From contig MFNS01000001.1 in NCBI GenBank assembly GCA_001783805.1, positions 128,649 to 192,648 of the forward strand: a DNA stretch of 64,000 bases, given 5' to 3'. Origin of the DNA: Candidatus Levybacteria bacterium RIFCSPHIGHO2_01_FULL_40_16. GTDB lineage: Bacteria; Patescibacteriota; Microgenomatia; Levybacterales; UBA12049. The notes below the pieces were generated by a model. The model was given only the letters and a program-made list of their open reading frames with translations. It had not been told where the DNA came from and ran no database searches. How positions within the stretch are numbered: the first letter of the stretch is position 1; every line of letters begins with the position of its first letter. The position numbers and the translations under genes are program-made. Shown here piece after piece: positions 1-10,634 of the stretch.

Positions 1-1
1 C

Positions 2-202
2 ACTTGAACTTCCCAAAAACAAGATCACGCACCGTATCCGCAATCCTATAAATACTACGAAAAGGAAATATCCAAATGGGGGAATAAGGTTCCCGTAATA
101 GCTTTTGGTGCAGGCCCCACAGGCAGAAATGTTCTTTACAGACGCAAAGGAATGTCCACAAAAGAGTCTTTTGAGAGACTCAAAAAAGCGGCAGGATTAT
201 AG
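2..202 (+). other. Possible 3' end of a CDS (...KVPVIAFGAGPTGRNVLYRR...*), weakly reminiscent of the adenylosuccinate synthetase C-terminus
   Basis: Frame 2 is open from 8 to TAG 200-202 but has TGA at 5-7; resemblance judged by eye only. Confidence 0.2.
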
Positions 203-250
203 AATCCATTTTTGATTGACAAAATAAGGGCTTGGAATATTATTCGACTT

Positions 251-331
251 ATGGGAAAGCGAGGAGTAGAATTGGAAGATTTAGGAAGTAGTAAGCAAAA
301 AAATAAAAAAAAGCGGAAAAAGGAATGTTAG
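251..331 (+). CDS. Putative 26-aa basic small protein (MGKRGVELEDLGSSKQKNKKKRKKEC)
   Basis: TTGACA 216-221 and TATTAT 238-243, with ATG 7 nt after the -10 box; below the ORF-track cutoff. Confidence 0.3.
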   Translation: MGKRGVELEDLGSSKQKNKKKRKKEC

Positions 332-395
332 AATAATTTGACTTCTTGGGCGCGGGGAAAATGTTATCATATTTTTTTTGTGATATAGTTAGGTA

Positions 396-863
396 GTGAG
401 ATTAAATCTACCGAAATTAATTGTTTCAATTGCGCTTCCTCTTATTGTTGGTTTTTCAGGTTCTGTTTTTACTGTTTCCGCGGTTCCTACTTGGTATGCA
501 ACTTTGAATAAACCCTCTTTCAGTCCGCCAAACTATCTTTTTGGTCCTGTTTGGACGATTTTGTATATTCTTATGGGAATTTCATTGTATTTTCTCTGGA
601 CCGCCAAGAAAAAAGGAGAAGGAAAAGCAATAAAATTATTCCTAATTCAATTGGTGTTAAATTTTTTCTGGTCAATAATATTTTTTGGATGGCATAATCC
701 GCAAGCGGCTTTTCTCGAAATTATTTCTCTTTGGATTTTTATTTTTCTGACAATCCGCCAATCATTACTTATTTCCAAAACTTCGGCCTATCTTCTGTAT
801 CCTTACCTTGTCTGGGTAAGCTTTGCCTCAATCCTAAATCTTTCCATAGTCCTCCTTAACTAA
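396..863 (+). CDS. tspO: TspO/MBR family tryptophan-rich sensory protein
   Basis: WYATLNKPSFSPPNYLFGPVWTILY and LYPYLVWVSFA motifs; 5 hydrophobic segments. Confidence 0.92.
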   Translation: MRLNLPKLIVSIALPLIVGFSGSVFTVSAVPTWYATLNKPSFSPPNYLFGPVWTILYILMGISLYFLWTAKKKGEGKAIKLFLIQLVLNFFWSIIFFGWHNPQAAFLEIISLWIFIFLTIRQSLLISKTSAYLLYPYLVWVSFASILNLSIVLLN

Positions 864-915
864 TTTCCTATTGTTTTAGCTTGAATATTTGTTTTTTTAA
901 TGATACTCTACCATT

Positions 916-1194
916 ATGACAATAGAGATGATAGGGAAAAAAGGGCCATTTGGACTGATTAAAAGTCGAAAGGAGGTTTTTCCTTCAAAGCCGTATTCTT
1001 TTATTCCTCCACCCGGAATTTCAAAAAGAGCTATTGAGATTGTAACATCAGATGTAATAAGAGTATGTGACGTTTCAATCAATAACGGAAGTTTACGGGT
1101 CAAATGTTTAAGTGAAGAGCAAATCAATGAGGCAAAATTAACAATTCCCGGAAAAAATGGGAAATCTGTCAAGCTTAGATGGAGACAGGGTTGA
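916..1194 (+). CDS. Hypothetical protein
   Basis: 92-aa ORF filling the gap between tspO and DUF763, same strand. Confidence 0.5.
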   Translation: MTIEMIGKKGPFGLIKSRKEVFPSKPYSFIPPPGISKRAIEIVTSDVIRVCDVSINNGSLRVKCLSEEQINEAKLTIPGKNGKSVKLRWRQG

Positions 1195-1225
1195 TAAATT
1201 TCTTCTTTAGTGCTACCTTGATTGT

Positions 1226-2413
1226 ATGAGAAGAGGGGTAGCCACATTCACATTAGATAGCGGGCGTTGTCCTCCATGGCTTTTTCAAAGAATGGTGGCG
1301 TTGGGGCGGGAAATTATTTATGTCTTAATTGACGAATATGGTCCGGATGAATTCGTCAGAAGGATTGCCGATCCGGTCTGGTTTCAATCTTTGGGAACAA
1401 TTCTGGCTTTTGACTGGAATGCGTCCGGCTTAACGACTATTCTGACAGCCGCCCTGAAAGAAGCAATCCGCGGAGACGAACGAAATCTCGGGTTGTTTAT
1501 CTGCGGAGGAAAAGGCAAAACCTCGCTCAAAACTCCGGTCGAGATAGAAAATTGGGGACGAATACTTAATTTCGATATTGAACAAACTCGCGGCCTCAAA
1601 TTTAGTTCCAAAATGGCCGCCAAAGTAGATAGTTCTCTGATCCAAGACGGTTATTCAATCTATCATCACGCCTTTATTTTTTCCCGCAATGGAGCATGGG
1701 CCGTAGTTCAGCAGGGAATGAATACAGCAAGTTCATCGGCAAGGAGATATCATTGGGGTGATGAACTTGATCTCAAAACTCAAAGCTCAAAACTCAAAGC
1801 TAAGAATTTTACTGAAGAACCACATACGGGTATTGCCTCTCAAGTGTTTGAGAAAAATGTTTTAAACTTGGTGGCCAAGAAAAGCAGAAAGAATAAAGAT
1901 ATTGCCACGCAACTTATTTCCTCAAGTTATATGACGGTAATGAAAAATATTCAATTGCTAAGGTCGCATTTTTCAAGTCTTTCTCGGTCAATAACCCTGA
2001 GAAACGGGGCAGAACAACTAAGTATTTTGCAGTTGTCCGACGAACACTTCAGGACTCATCCGGTTATTCTTGAAGATTTTGGGAAAAGTAAATACCTGGA
2101 AAAAATAATTCAGAAAGTCTGCTTCGAAAAGCCTCAAAATTACGAGCAATTCCTCGCCACCGAGGGTGTCGGGCCCAAAACTGTCCGCGCTTTGTCTTTG
2201 GTATCGGAGGTAATCTATGGAGCGGATCCTTCCTATGAAGATCCGGCCAGATACAGTTTTGCCTTCGGCGGAAAGGACGCCATTCCGTATCCCGTGGACA
2301 AGCCTATCTATGACAAAACCATTTCTTTGCTGGAGCGGGCAATAAACCGATCGAAAATCAATCTTTTCGAAAAGCAGAAGGCTCTGCGCCGCTTAGACAA
2401 AGTTTACAAATAA
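1226..2413 (+). CDS. DUF763 domain-containing protein
   Basis: PPWLFQRM, ADPVWFQSLG..FDWNASGLTT, GGKGKTS, WAVVQQGMN, ARRYHW and FAFGGKD motifs. Confidence 0.9.
   Translation: MRRGVATFTLDSGRCPPWLFQRMVALGREIIYVLIDEYGPDEFVRRIADPVWFQSLGTILAFDWNASGLTTILTAALKEAIRGDERNLGLFICGGKGKTSLKTPVEIENWGRILNFDIEQTRGLKFSSKMAAKVDSSLIQDGYSIYHHAFIFSRNGAWAVVQQGMNTASSSARRYHWGDELDLKTQSSKLKAKNFTEEPHTGIASQVFEKNVLNLVAKKSRKNKDIATQLISSSYMTVMKNIQLLRSHFSSLSRSITLRNGAEQLSILQLSDEHFRTHPVILEDFGKSKYLEKIIQKVCFEKPQNYEQFLATEGVGPKTVRALSLVSEVIYGADPSYEDPARYSFAFGGKDAIPYPVDKPIYDKTISLLERAINRSKINLFEKQKALRRLDKVYK
1772..1801 (+). repeat. In-frame heptamer tandem array (CTCAAAR)x4 in the DUF763 gene
   Basis: ctcaaaa ctcaaag ctcaaaa ctcaaag, encoding LKTQSSKLKA. 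Confidence 0.85.
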
Positions 2414-2428
2414 TAGTATAATATCCCA

Positions 2429-3436
2429 ATGGCACAGCTATTCGGATTAGTTCTTTTGTCTCTTTTTATAACCGGGACACTTCTCATTCCCTTTATTGAT
2501 TTTCTTTACAAGATGAAATTCCGCCGCGCCAAACAGAAAACTGTGGATATGTTCAATAAGCCCACGCCTACCTTTGACAAATTTAACAATTGGAAAGCCG
2601 GTACGCCATTCGGTGGAGGAATATTGATTATTGCCGTTGTTTGTGCGCTAACCTTCTGGGCATACGGGATACTTGGTACAAGCATTAATGGCTGGGAAGT
2701 AGCTACGATTATGCTGACTTTTATCGGTTTTGGAGCGTTGGGTTTCTACGATGATTTCAGGAAACTGGTTGACGGACACGGAGGGTTTTTTGGCCTGAAA
2801 TTCAGACATAAATTCGCAATTCAGTGGGCCTTGGCGCTTGGAGTAGCCGCAATCATGTATTTTCAGCTGGGATACTCTTACATTTTCATTAGAGGCTTTG
2901 GGTTGGTGGCTCTGGGATTGTTATTTATTCCTTTTGCCGCTTTTGTAATTGTGGCTTTTGCAAATGCTTTTAATATTGCAGACGGCTTGGACGGTTTGGC
3001 ATCGGGACTGTTGTTAATTTGTCTGGCGGCATTTTTAGCAATTACTTCCAATCAGCTGGATCAGCCTCTGGGAATATTCGTTGCGGTTCTGATGGGCTCG
3101 GTTGGAGCGTTCCTGTATTTCAATATTTATAAAGCCAGAATTTGGCTGGGAGATGTGGGGGCCTTATCTTTGGGAGCAGCCTTGGCGGTAATCGGACTGT
3201 TAACCGGCAAAGTTATTGCTTTAGCATTTATTGGAGGAGTATTTATTATCGAAATTGCCTCATCTCTAATTCAAATCATTTCAAAAAAGTTTTTCCACAG
3301 AAAAATTTTTTCGGTTTCCCCTTTTCATCTTCTTTTACGGCGAAAAGGTTGGGATGAGCCGAAAATAGTGATGCGGGCTTGGCTTTTGGGATTTCTTTTT
3401 GCTATTCTTGGATTATATATCGCTTTTATTCAGTAA
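2429..3436 (+). CDS. mraY: Phospho-N-acetylmuramoyl-pentapeptide transferase
   Basis: KAGTPFGGG, GFYDD, NAFNIADGLDGL, LGDVG, PFHL motifs; upstream of ftsW-murG. Confidence 0.93.
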   Translation: MAQLFGLVLLSLFITGTLLIPFIDFLYKMKFRRAKQKTVDMFNKPTPTFDKFNNWKAGTPFGGGILIIAVVCALTFWAYGILGTSINGWEVATIMLTFIGFGALGFYDDFRKLVDGHGGFFGLKFRHKFAIQWALALGVAAIMYFQLGYSYIFIRGFGLVALGLLFIPFAAFVIVAFANAFNIADGLDGLASGLLLICLAAFLAITSNQLDQPLGIFVAVLMGSVGAFLYFNIYKARIWLGDVGALSLGAALAVIGLLTGKVIALAFIGGVFIIEIASSLIQIISKKFFHRKIFSVSPFHLLLRRKGWDEPKIVMRAWLLGFLFAILGLYIAFIQ

Positions 3437-3455
3437 TTCATCTTCGTAATTCGAT

Positions 3456-4523
3456 ATGAAAAAAAATGACATTTCTCTATTGATTTCCGTTGTAATTCTC
3501 ACTTTTTTCGGACTTTTTATGATTTATGATGCGTCGAGTTTTGTAGCTTTTAGGGATTTTGGAGATAAATATCATTATGTTAAAGATCAATTTATCTGGA
3601 TAGTGCTTGGGCTGGGGGCGTTAACTTTTTTTTCTTTTTTTGATTATCATAAATTACATGCTTTAGCACTGCCTATACTTTCGGGAGCTTTAGTGCTTTT
3701 AATTCTGGTTTTTGTTCCCGGCATTGGGGTTAATCTTTTAGGGGCCAACCGTTGGATCAATCTAGGGGCTTTTCTTTTACAGCCTGCGGAATTCGTCAAG
3801 CTTGCCTTAGCAATCTATCTGGCAGCCTGGTTCTCTCACAAAGAGAAGGGCAGGCTGCCCGCATTCTTACTCTTGATGGGATTGGTTTTGGGATTGGTGA
3901 TTAGCGAACCGGATATGGGAACAACGGCGGTAATTTTAGCTGAAGGACTAATAATCTATTTTTTGTCGGGAGCCAATATTTTTTATTTTTCCATCATAGT
4001 TCCCCTACTTGGGTTCTTGGGATTTTTATTTGTAAAATTCTCTTCTTATCGTGCAGAAAGACTGGAGTCATTCTTGAACATTGACTCAACCTTACAGTCT
4101 TCTTCTTATCACGTCAAGCAAATTCTAATTGCTTTCGGATCGGGCGGTTTATTGGGAGTAGGATTGGGAAATTCTTTGCAAAAATATGCCTATCTTCCCG
4201 AAAGCACAACGGATTCTATTTTTGCGATTGTTGCCGAGGAGTTGGGCTTTGTCGGGGCAGTCGCGCTAATTCTATTTTTCATTTTTATTATTTCCCGCTG
4301 TTTTAAAATTGCTGTTAATGCCAAAGATAATTTTGGGAAACTTTTGGCAGGAGGTATCACAACTTTTATAGCAATCCAAACAATTATTAATCTATCTGCC
4401 CAAACAGTACTGGTTCCTTTGACCGGCATTCCTTTACCCTTTATTTCCTATGGGGGCTCAAGCTTGATTGTTGATCTGACTGCAATCGGAATTCTTTTGA
4501 ATATTTCCAAACAAGGAAGCTGA
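3456..4523 (+). CDS. ftsW: SEDS peptidoglycan glycosyltransferase FtsW
   Basis: GANRWI, QPAEFVK, EPDMGT, LPESTTDSIFA, PFISYGGSS; dcw context. Confidence 0.93.
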   Translation: MKKNDISLLISVVILTFFGLFMIYDASSFVAFRDFGDKYHYVKDQFIWIVLGLGALTFFSFFDYHKLHALALPILSGALVLLILVFVPGIGVNLLGANRWINLGAFLLQPAEFVKLALAIYLAAWFSHKEKGRLPAFLLLMGLVLGLVISEPDMGTTAVILAEGLIIYFLSGANIFYFSIIVPLLGFLGFLFVKFSSYRAERLESFLNIDSTLQSSSYHVKQILIAFGSGGLLGVGLGNSLQKYAYLPESTTDSIFAIVAEELGFVGAVALILFFIFIISRCFKIAVNAKDNFGKLLAGGITTFIAIQTIINLSAQTVLVPLTGIPLPFISYGGSSLIVDLTAIGILLNISKQGS

Positions 4524-4534
4524 CAGACCTTATT

Positions 4535-5665
4535 ATGAAGATTGTTATAATTGGCGGACATTTGGCGCCGGCCCTGTCTGTCTTGGAGGCATTGCCGAAA
4601 AATACGCAAATTCTTTTTATCGGCAGGAAATATGCCTTAGAAGGGGATAACACTTTATCTTTGGAATACGAGACAATTTCCGGCTTAGGCATTCCCTTTG
4701 TCGGTTTGAATACGGGAAGATGGCAGCGCAAACTTACCGAATTTACCATCCTTTCCTTATTGAAACTTCCTTTGGGAATTATTAAATCTTTTTTAATCTT
4801 AATTGATTTCAGGCCGGACGTTGTGTTGGGATTTGGAGGATATGTCTCTATTCCCGTAGCGTTTTGCGCTTTCTTACTTAGAATCCCGGTTGTGATCCAT
4901 GAGCAGACCATGGGGGCAGGTGTTGCCAACCGGCTGATTTCCCGGTTTGCTAAAAAAATTTGCATATCCTGGAATTCTTCAAGAAAATATTTTCCGAAGG
5001 ACAAAGTTGTAATGACCGGAAATCCCATACGTAAATTCTTAATCTTGGAATTGCCCTCGGGAAAGTTCTCAATTTTTGGCAACAAATTACCGACAATTTA
5101 TATTACGGGCGGCAGTTCCGGGTCGCATTTCATCAATGTCTTAATTGAAGAAATAATCAAAGAGCTTCTAGTTACCTACAATGTTGTTCATCAAGCCGGA
5201 GATACTCATGAATACCGTGATTTTGACCGTCTGAAAATCTTGAAAGAGAATTTGCCCGAGAGCCTGCGCGAAAACTATATCTTGGAAAAATTCATTAATC
5301 CGTCCGAGATTGGGGATTTGATAAATTTGTCGTCTCTAATTATTGCGCGCTCCGGCATGAATACTATTACGGAGTTAATCTATTTCGAAAAACCGGCTCT
5401 TTTAATTCCTCTGCCTTTTTCCCAAGGCGGAGAACAAACAAGGAATGCTAAATTTTTAGAAAAAATTGGACTGGGTATTGTTCTGCCCCAAGCAGGCTTA
5501 AATGGAAAAAAGCTCTTGCAGGCAATTGAGCTGATATTCCGCAATATAGATAAATATAAGATAAATAATAAAGAACGCAGAAGTTTTCCTGTAAAAAGCG
5601 CAGCGCACAATATAATTTCGGTAATAAATTATGCCTATGAATCCAAGACAGCAAAAAAATCTTAA
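4535..5665 (+). CDS. murG: UDP-GlcNAc:lipid I GlcNAc transferase
   Basis: GGH, GFGGYVS, HEQ, TGNPIR, GGSSGS, RSGMNTITE, EQTRNA motifs. Confidence 0.93.
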   Translation: MKIVIIGGHLAPALSVLEALPKNTQILFIGRKYALEGDNTLSLEYETISGLGIPFVGLNTGRWQRKLTEFTILSLLKLPLGIIKSFLILIDFRPDVVLGFGGYVSIPVAFCAFLLRIPVVIHEQTMGAGVANRLISRFAKKICISWNSSRKYFPKDKVVMTGNPIRKFLILELPSGKFSIFGNKLPTIYITGGSSGSHFINVLIEEIIKELLVTYNVVHQAGDTHEYRDFDRLKILKENLPESLRENYILEKFINPSEIGDLINLSSLIIARSGMNTITELIYFEKPALLIPLPFSQGGEQTRNAKFLEKIGLGIVLPQAGLNGKKLLQAIELIFRNIDKYKINNKERRSFPVKSAAHNIISVINYAYESKTAKKS

Positions 5666-6026
5666 GAGAAAATTTGCCGCGTATATTTTACTGTTAGGAA
5701 TATTAGGATTTATTGCGTTTTTTTTAAATACATTTTTTGTCTCAGGCAAGCCATTGTTCATCAGCCCAGTCGGCAAAATAAATATTAACCGAGCAGAGGT
5801 TGAAAAGATTCTCAAGAACAATCATGTATCATTTTCCAAAATAATTTCGGAGAATAATTCTTACTTGGTTGATATTTCCAATAACGGACAGGTTCGGCTT
5901 TCTTTGGATAAGGACATTGGACAGCAAATATCCTCTTTACAAAGAATACTCATTCAGCTTACAATAGAAGGTAAGCCATTCAAGAGCATAGATTTTAGGT
6001 TTGCAGAACCTATCATCTCCTTTTAA
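5631..6026 (+). CDS. Short FtsQ/DivIB-like membrane protein
   Basis: N-terminal TM segment, C-terminal SIDFRF, position between murG and ftsA. Confidence 0.55.
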   Translation: MPMNPRQQKNLKRKFAAYILLLGILGFIAFFLNTFFVSGKPLFISPVGKININRAEVEKILKNNHVSFSKIISENNSYLVDISNNGQVRLSLDKDIGQQISSLQRILIQLTIEGKPFKSIDFRFAEPIISF

Positions 6027-6033
6027 TAAAAGT

Positions 6034-7326
6034 ATGAGTGAGGGTAAAATAATTGTAGGCGTTGATATCGGTACCTCAAAAATTGTCACCATCATTGCCA
6101 GGGTTGATGAAGAGTTCGTCAACGTCCTGGGAGTTTCCGAAGTTCCTTCCCGCGGAGTCAAAAAAGGCCAGATTGTCGACATTAAAGAAGCGGTAGAATC
6201 CATAAATAATTCGCTGGATGGGGCGGAAAGAATGGCGGGACATTCAGTAGGGAGTGTCGTGGCTTCAATCGGAGGAAGTCAAATCGAGTCACAAAATTCC
6301 AGGGGCGTTGTGGCTGTCTCTTCATCTGCAGGCGAAATCACAGAAAGTGATCTTGCCCGGGTAATTGATGCTGCCAAAGCTGTCTCTCTTCCCTCCAGCC
6401 GTCAAATTCTTCACGTTCTTCCCCGCAATTATGCGGTAGATGGACAAGAAGGAATAAAAGATCCCCTTGGTATGATTGGAATAAGACTGGAAGTTGATAC
6501 GCATATTATCTCGGCTGCTTCTCCGTCTTTGAGTAATTTGGAAAAAGTTTTTTCTCAAGTCGGCATTGATATCGACGGCGTTGCTTTCAGCGGATACGCG
6601 TCAAGTCTCGCGGTTTTATCCGAAACAGAGAAGGAGCTAGGGGTTGTGCTGGTAGATATTGGAGCGGGAACAACAGATATTTCCATTTATTCCGAAGGAT
6701 CGGTTGCTTATTCTTCTGTCCTGGCAATTGGGGCAAGGCATATTACCAATGATCTGGCAATAGGGCTTCGGATTTCTTTGGAATCCTCGGAAAAGATAAA
6801 GATCTATCTGTCTAATATGTCAAAAAGACCCAAAATTGAAAGATTAGGAGAGACTTTTGAAAGAGAGGCCAGGAATATTGATGAAATAGATTTAAGTTCT
6901 TTGGGACTTACCGAAGATTTGCGGAAAGTTTCCCATAAAACACTAACTGACGGAATAGTTAGACCGCGACTTAATGAGATTTTTACCATGATCGGAATGG
7001 AAATAAAAAGATCAGGATACGCGGGCCAGACTCCTGCGGGAATTGTAATAACCGGGGGAGGGGCATTAACGGTCGGGGCAGCGGATAGCGCGAAAAGAAC
7101 CTTGGCAATGCCGGTTCGAATTGGAACTCCAATTAACATCAAGGGGTTAATTGATGAAATACAGTATCCTTCTTTTGCCTCCGTTGTCGGATTGGCGGTT
7201 TTCGGGGCAACTCTGGATATTAAACCGTCTTTGCCTTTCGGACTAAGCCTGCCTTCGTTTGGAAATTTGGGTATTAATCGGATATTTTCCAAAGTTTTTA
7301 AATTTATAAAATCTTTTCTGCCCTAA
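6034..7326 (+). CDS. ftsA: Cell division protein FtsA
   Basis: VDIGTSKI, VDIGAGTTD, ITGGGA; start moved to ATG 6034. Confidence 0.95.
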   Translation: MSEGKIIVGVDIGTSKIVTIIARVDEEFVNVLGVSEVPSRGVKKGQIVDIKEAVESINNSLDGAERMAGHSVGSVVASIGGSQIESQNSRGVVAVSSSAGEITESDLARVIDAAKAVSLPSSRQILHVLPRNYAVDGQEGIKDPLGMIGIRLEVDTHIISAASPSLSNLEKVFSQVGIDIDGVAFSGYASSLAVLSETEKELGVVLVDIGAGTTDISIYSEGSVAYSSVLAIGARHITNDLAIGLRISLESSEKIKIYLSNMSKRPKIERLGETFEREARNIDEIDLSSLGLTEDLRKVSHKTLTDGIVRPRLNEIFTMIGMEIKRSGYAGQTPAGIVITGGGALTVGAADSAKRTLAMPVRIGTPINIKGLIDEIQYPSFASVVGLAVFGATLDIKPSLPFGLSLPSFGNLGINRIFSKVFKFIKSFLP

Positions 7327-7382
7327 ATGGACTCATTGACTTTTGCGAAATTGGGTGTTAGGATAAGTTGAATCGATAACTT

Positions 7383-8501
7383 ATGTTAATCAAACCTCAA
7401 ACAACTAACTTTGCCAAAATCCGGGTTTTGGGTATAGGCGGAGGAGGAATGAATGCGCTCAATTCCATGATTAAAATTAGCGAGGTTAAAGGGGTTGATT
7501 TTATTTCCGTAAATACCGATGCGCAGGTTCTTCTGCTGTCGCAATCCCCAACCAAAATTCAAATTGGAGAAAATCTTACCAAGGGTTTGGGTAGCGGCGG
7601 AAATCCGGATATCGGACGTCAGGCCGCCGAGGAATCTTATGAAAAAATAAAAGAATTTATTGATGGGTCGGACATGGTTTTTATCACAGCCGGTATGGGA
7701 GGCGGAACCGGTACTGGAGCAAGTGCGGTAATTGCCAGAGCCGCAAAAGAAGTTGGCGCTTTGACTGTGGCAGTTGTGACCAAGCCTTTTGCTTTTGAAG
7801 GAACCAGAAGAATGGTCGTGGCAGAAGACGGGATCGAAACTCTCCGAGACAAAGTGGACACGCTCATAGTTATTCCCAACCAAAGAATTCTGGATGTAGT
7901 TGACAAAAAAGTATCCCTTCTTGAAGCCTTTAGAATTGCAGATTCCGTACTAACGCAAGGGGTGCAAGGAATCTCCGATTTAATTACAATTCCGGGACTA
8001 ATCAATGTTGATTTCGCAGATGTAAAAGTCATTATGAGTAATGCCGGGTCGGCTTTGATGGGAATTGGTACCGGAGTTGGAGAAAATAGAGCGCAAACCG
8101 CAGCCCGCAGCGCAATTGCGTCTCCGCTTTTAGAAATTTCCATGGATGGAGCCAGGGGAGTTCTGTTTAACATTACCGGCGGGCCTGATTTGACAATGAC
8201 GGAAGTTGATGAGGCTGCCAAAATTATCTCCTCTGCTGCTGATCCTGATGCAAATATTATTTTCGGCGCGACAATTGATGAGGCAATGCATGACCAGATA
8301 AAAATCGCGGTTATTGCAACAGGTTTTGATCACGCCAGACAAACTCTTAAAGAATTTGTCAAGCCCTTAATAAGTCCGGTTGAGCCAAAACAGGAGTTAG
8401 CAAATGATACTCCGCAAGCGCCAAAACCGCAGGAAACGCCTGTTGAAGACAATAGCGACGACGCCTGGGACATCCCCGCATTCCTAAGACAGAGAAATTA
8501 A
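7383..8501 (+). CDS. ftsZ: Cell division protein FtsZ
   Basis: GMGGGTGTG tubulin signature, NVDFAD, C-terminal DIPAFLR. Confidence 0.98.
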   Translation: MLIKPQTTNFAKIRVLGIGGGGMNALNSMIKISEVKGVDFISVNTDAQVLLLSQSPTKIQIGENLTKGLGSGGNPDIGRQAAEESYEKIKEFIDGSDMVFITAGMGGGTGTGASAVIARAAKEVGALTVAVVTKPFAFEGTRRMVVAEDGIETLRDKVDTLIVIPNQRILDVVDKKVSLLEAFRIADSVLTQGVQGISDLITIPGLINVDFADVKVIMSNAGSALMGIGTGVGENRAQTAARSAIASPLLEISMDGARGVLFNITGGPDLTMTEVDEAAKIISSAADPDANIIFGATIDEAMHDQIKIAVIATGFDHARQTLKEFVKPLISPVEPKQELANDTPQAPKPQETPVEDNSDDAWDIPAFLRQRN

Positions 8502-8505
8502 ATTT

Positions 8506-8817
8506 ATGGAAGCTGGAAGACCGATTTTAGATAAAGGTAAACTCTACGAATTGACAGGAAAAGAGCAGGTTTTATTTTCTCTGTCTATCGGCTATGAACG
8601 TACTAGCAAAAAAGAAATAGAAACCGATTTAAAACTCAAAGAACTTAGGAAAAAGATTTCAAGTATAGCTAAATTTATGAATGAGCAAGTCATGCCGGAG
8701 GATTCATCATCTCTTGGTGCTGGCGATTATTATCGTGACGTTAGAATTGTAGTTAGACGGGATCCAATTACTGGACGTATGACAAAGGGATTTACTCTGA
8801 TCGGTGTTGTAAGATAA
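8506..8817 (+). CDS. Hypothetical protein
   Basis: 103-aa ORF starting 4 nt after ftsZ. Confidence 0.55.
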   Translation: MEAGRPILDKGKLYELTGKEQVLFSLSIGYERTSKKEIETDLKLKELRKKISSIAKFMNEQVMPEDSSSLGAGDYYRDVRIVVRRDPITGRMTKGFTLIGVVR

Positions 8818-8849
8818 TATCTCTTAATATAATTTCTCCGCCGGAGGAA

Positions 8850-9290
8850 CTAACTATTATTTAAGCTTCTTAGGTCTGAGAAGTTTTTTAGATAAAACCA
8901 AACCGCAACCAGCACAGTCAGTACACTGATGATCCAGCCAAAATAGTCCCCATAGAAAATGTGGTAAAAAGTGGATGTGGAATCAAGGACGATCGGATAC
9001 CATGAATAAACAACATTAATTAAATTAAATAACGACAAAAGGCAATAAATAATTAAATAAGTTTTGGCTTGCTTACTTAAGCCTATTGCCACAGCCAGCA
9101 AGGGAAACACCGGATACATATATCTGTCATGCATGCCGGGAAGAAAAAGGAAAACCAGAAAAGCAAAAAAGAAAACAAGAATAAAGATAAGAGCAAATTT
9201 ATTTATTTTCCATTTCATTTTTAAATCATACATTAAGAAAATAGAAAAGTAAAAATAAGAAATGTTAATTCTTGACTTATCCCCATTCAA
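8850..9290 (-). pseudogene. C-terminal fragment of a membrane (GT-C/GT87-like) glycosyltransferase
   Basis: FLPGMHDRYMYP resembles the MHERY motif near the C-terminus of GT87-like proteins; far too short for a full enzyme. Confidence 0.45.
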
Positions 9291-9325
9291 TTGCTAATCT
9301 TAAGACAGAGGAATCGGTTGTCTAT

Positions 9326-9640
9326 ATGAATAAAGAATCTGAGAATAAAGATTCTGATGTTCCGGAAACATCTCTAAATTTAGAAGAGCTTCAAAGAAGA
9401 AAGGATCGATTTCCGCAAGCTTTAGTTGGTCTTTCTCTTGCAGAAAAGCTTGCCAAAGCAAGCGGGAGTACTCATATTTATGAAAAATCACGGAAAAAAG
9501 GCGATAATCTGGTAATACTTGCGGTTGATAAACAGACAATACGGGCGATAAATGGGGGAATTAAAAAAATGTATATGGGTTTGGTTCAAGCCGGGCAGAA
9601 AAAATTTGCAGATAAAATTCTCCAAGAGAATAAGAAATAA
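9326..9640 (+). CDS. Hypothetical protein
   Basis: Charged ORF; ATG 9326 preferred as start. Confidence 0.5.
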   Translation: MNKESENKDSDVPETSLNLEELQRRKDRFPQALVGLSLAEKLAKASGSTHIYEKSRKKGDNLVILAVDKQTIRAINGGIKKMYMGLVQAGQKKFADKILQENKK

Positions 9641-9749
9641 CCCCAGCAAAAAGCATCTTTAGGACGGGTGATGTAATTATAGGTTAGGAAAATATTAGCC
9701 GCAACAAACGCATAAAACCAAAATTGAAAAGGAGTTAGACCAAAACCGG

Positions 9750-10634
9750 CTAGTCTCTTAATTTTTTATAAAAAATTACCGCAAATATGCTTATAATTAT
9801 CAGCCCGATTATTGTGAATATCCATAGCCACAGATGGGACGGTTCGGGTTCCTTGATGCTAACTCCGATGATCATTGTGCCATTGCTTCCTGCTACATTG
9901 ATAATTTCTTTTGAAAGTACAACGCCTTTTTGCGAGAGAGTCAAGACATGTACTCCTTGAGGAACTTTATCAAACTGAAAGCTGTCACTTGCTATCCTCG
10001 CCCCCTGAATATTGGAATCAAGAAAGGCATTGGCATCCGATAACGCAAGAGCCTTTGACGTAGAAACGTTGTAAATAATTGAATAAAGCATTTCCCCTTT
10101 AGGCCCGATAATTGGCGCTTGAATCGGAGTCGGCTGGCTTGACGATCCAACATTTGGACTTTGAATAATTATGTAGCTGGCATTTCCTAAAGAGCTTAAT
10201 ATGTCTGCAGCGCCCTTTTGGGACTTCAAAGAAGCATTGGAAAGAGCAATGGTGCCAACGCCTTCCGCAGCGGCTTTTAGCGCAAGAGTATATACGGTAC
10301 AGCCAGTTCTGGAACCTCCCAAAATGACTCCCGCAAAAGACTGATTTGTTGAGGTTGGTGTACGGACAAAAGCAAAGCCGCAGTCGCCGATAGTCAGAGA
10401 CTGTACAGTGAGAGACGGACTAATATTCACGGTTGATTTAGCAGCGTTAAATGCAATACCGCCGCCGTTAATATTGACAGCAACTTGAAATATATCTCCC
10501 TTTTTGTAGGTAGACGTATTGGGGGTAATATTGATACTTCCTCCGGCTGCCACCATTTTTGGCGTAGTTACGTGTATCGCAATTGCTGTAAATACGGCTA
10601 AAAACAAAATTAAAAATTTATACTTAGTTTCCAT
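9750..10634 (-). CDS. Membrane-anchored cohesin-like domain protein
   Basis: Signal peptide, cohesin-like ITPNTSTYKKGDIFQVAVNINGG..FNAA segment, C-terminal TM. Confidence 0.7.
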   Translation of the reverse strand: METKYKFLILFLAVFTAIAIHVTTPKMVAAGGSINITPNTSTYKKGDIFQVAVNINGGGIAFNAAKSTVNISPSLTVQSLTIGDCGFAFVRTPTSTNQSFAGVILGGSRTGCTVYTLALKAAAEGVGTIALSNASLKSQKGAADILSSLGNASYIIIQSPNVGSSSQPTPIQAPIIGPKGEMLYSIIYNVSTSKALALSDANAFLDSNIQGARIASDSFQFDKVPQGVHVLTLSQKGVVLSKEIINVAGSNGTMIIGVSIKEPEPSHLWLWIFTIIGLIIISIFAVIFYKKLRD

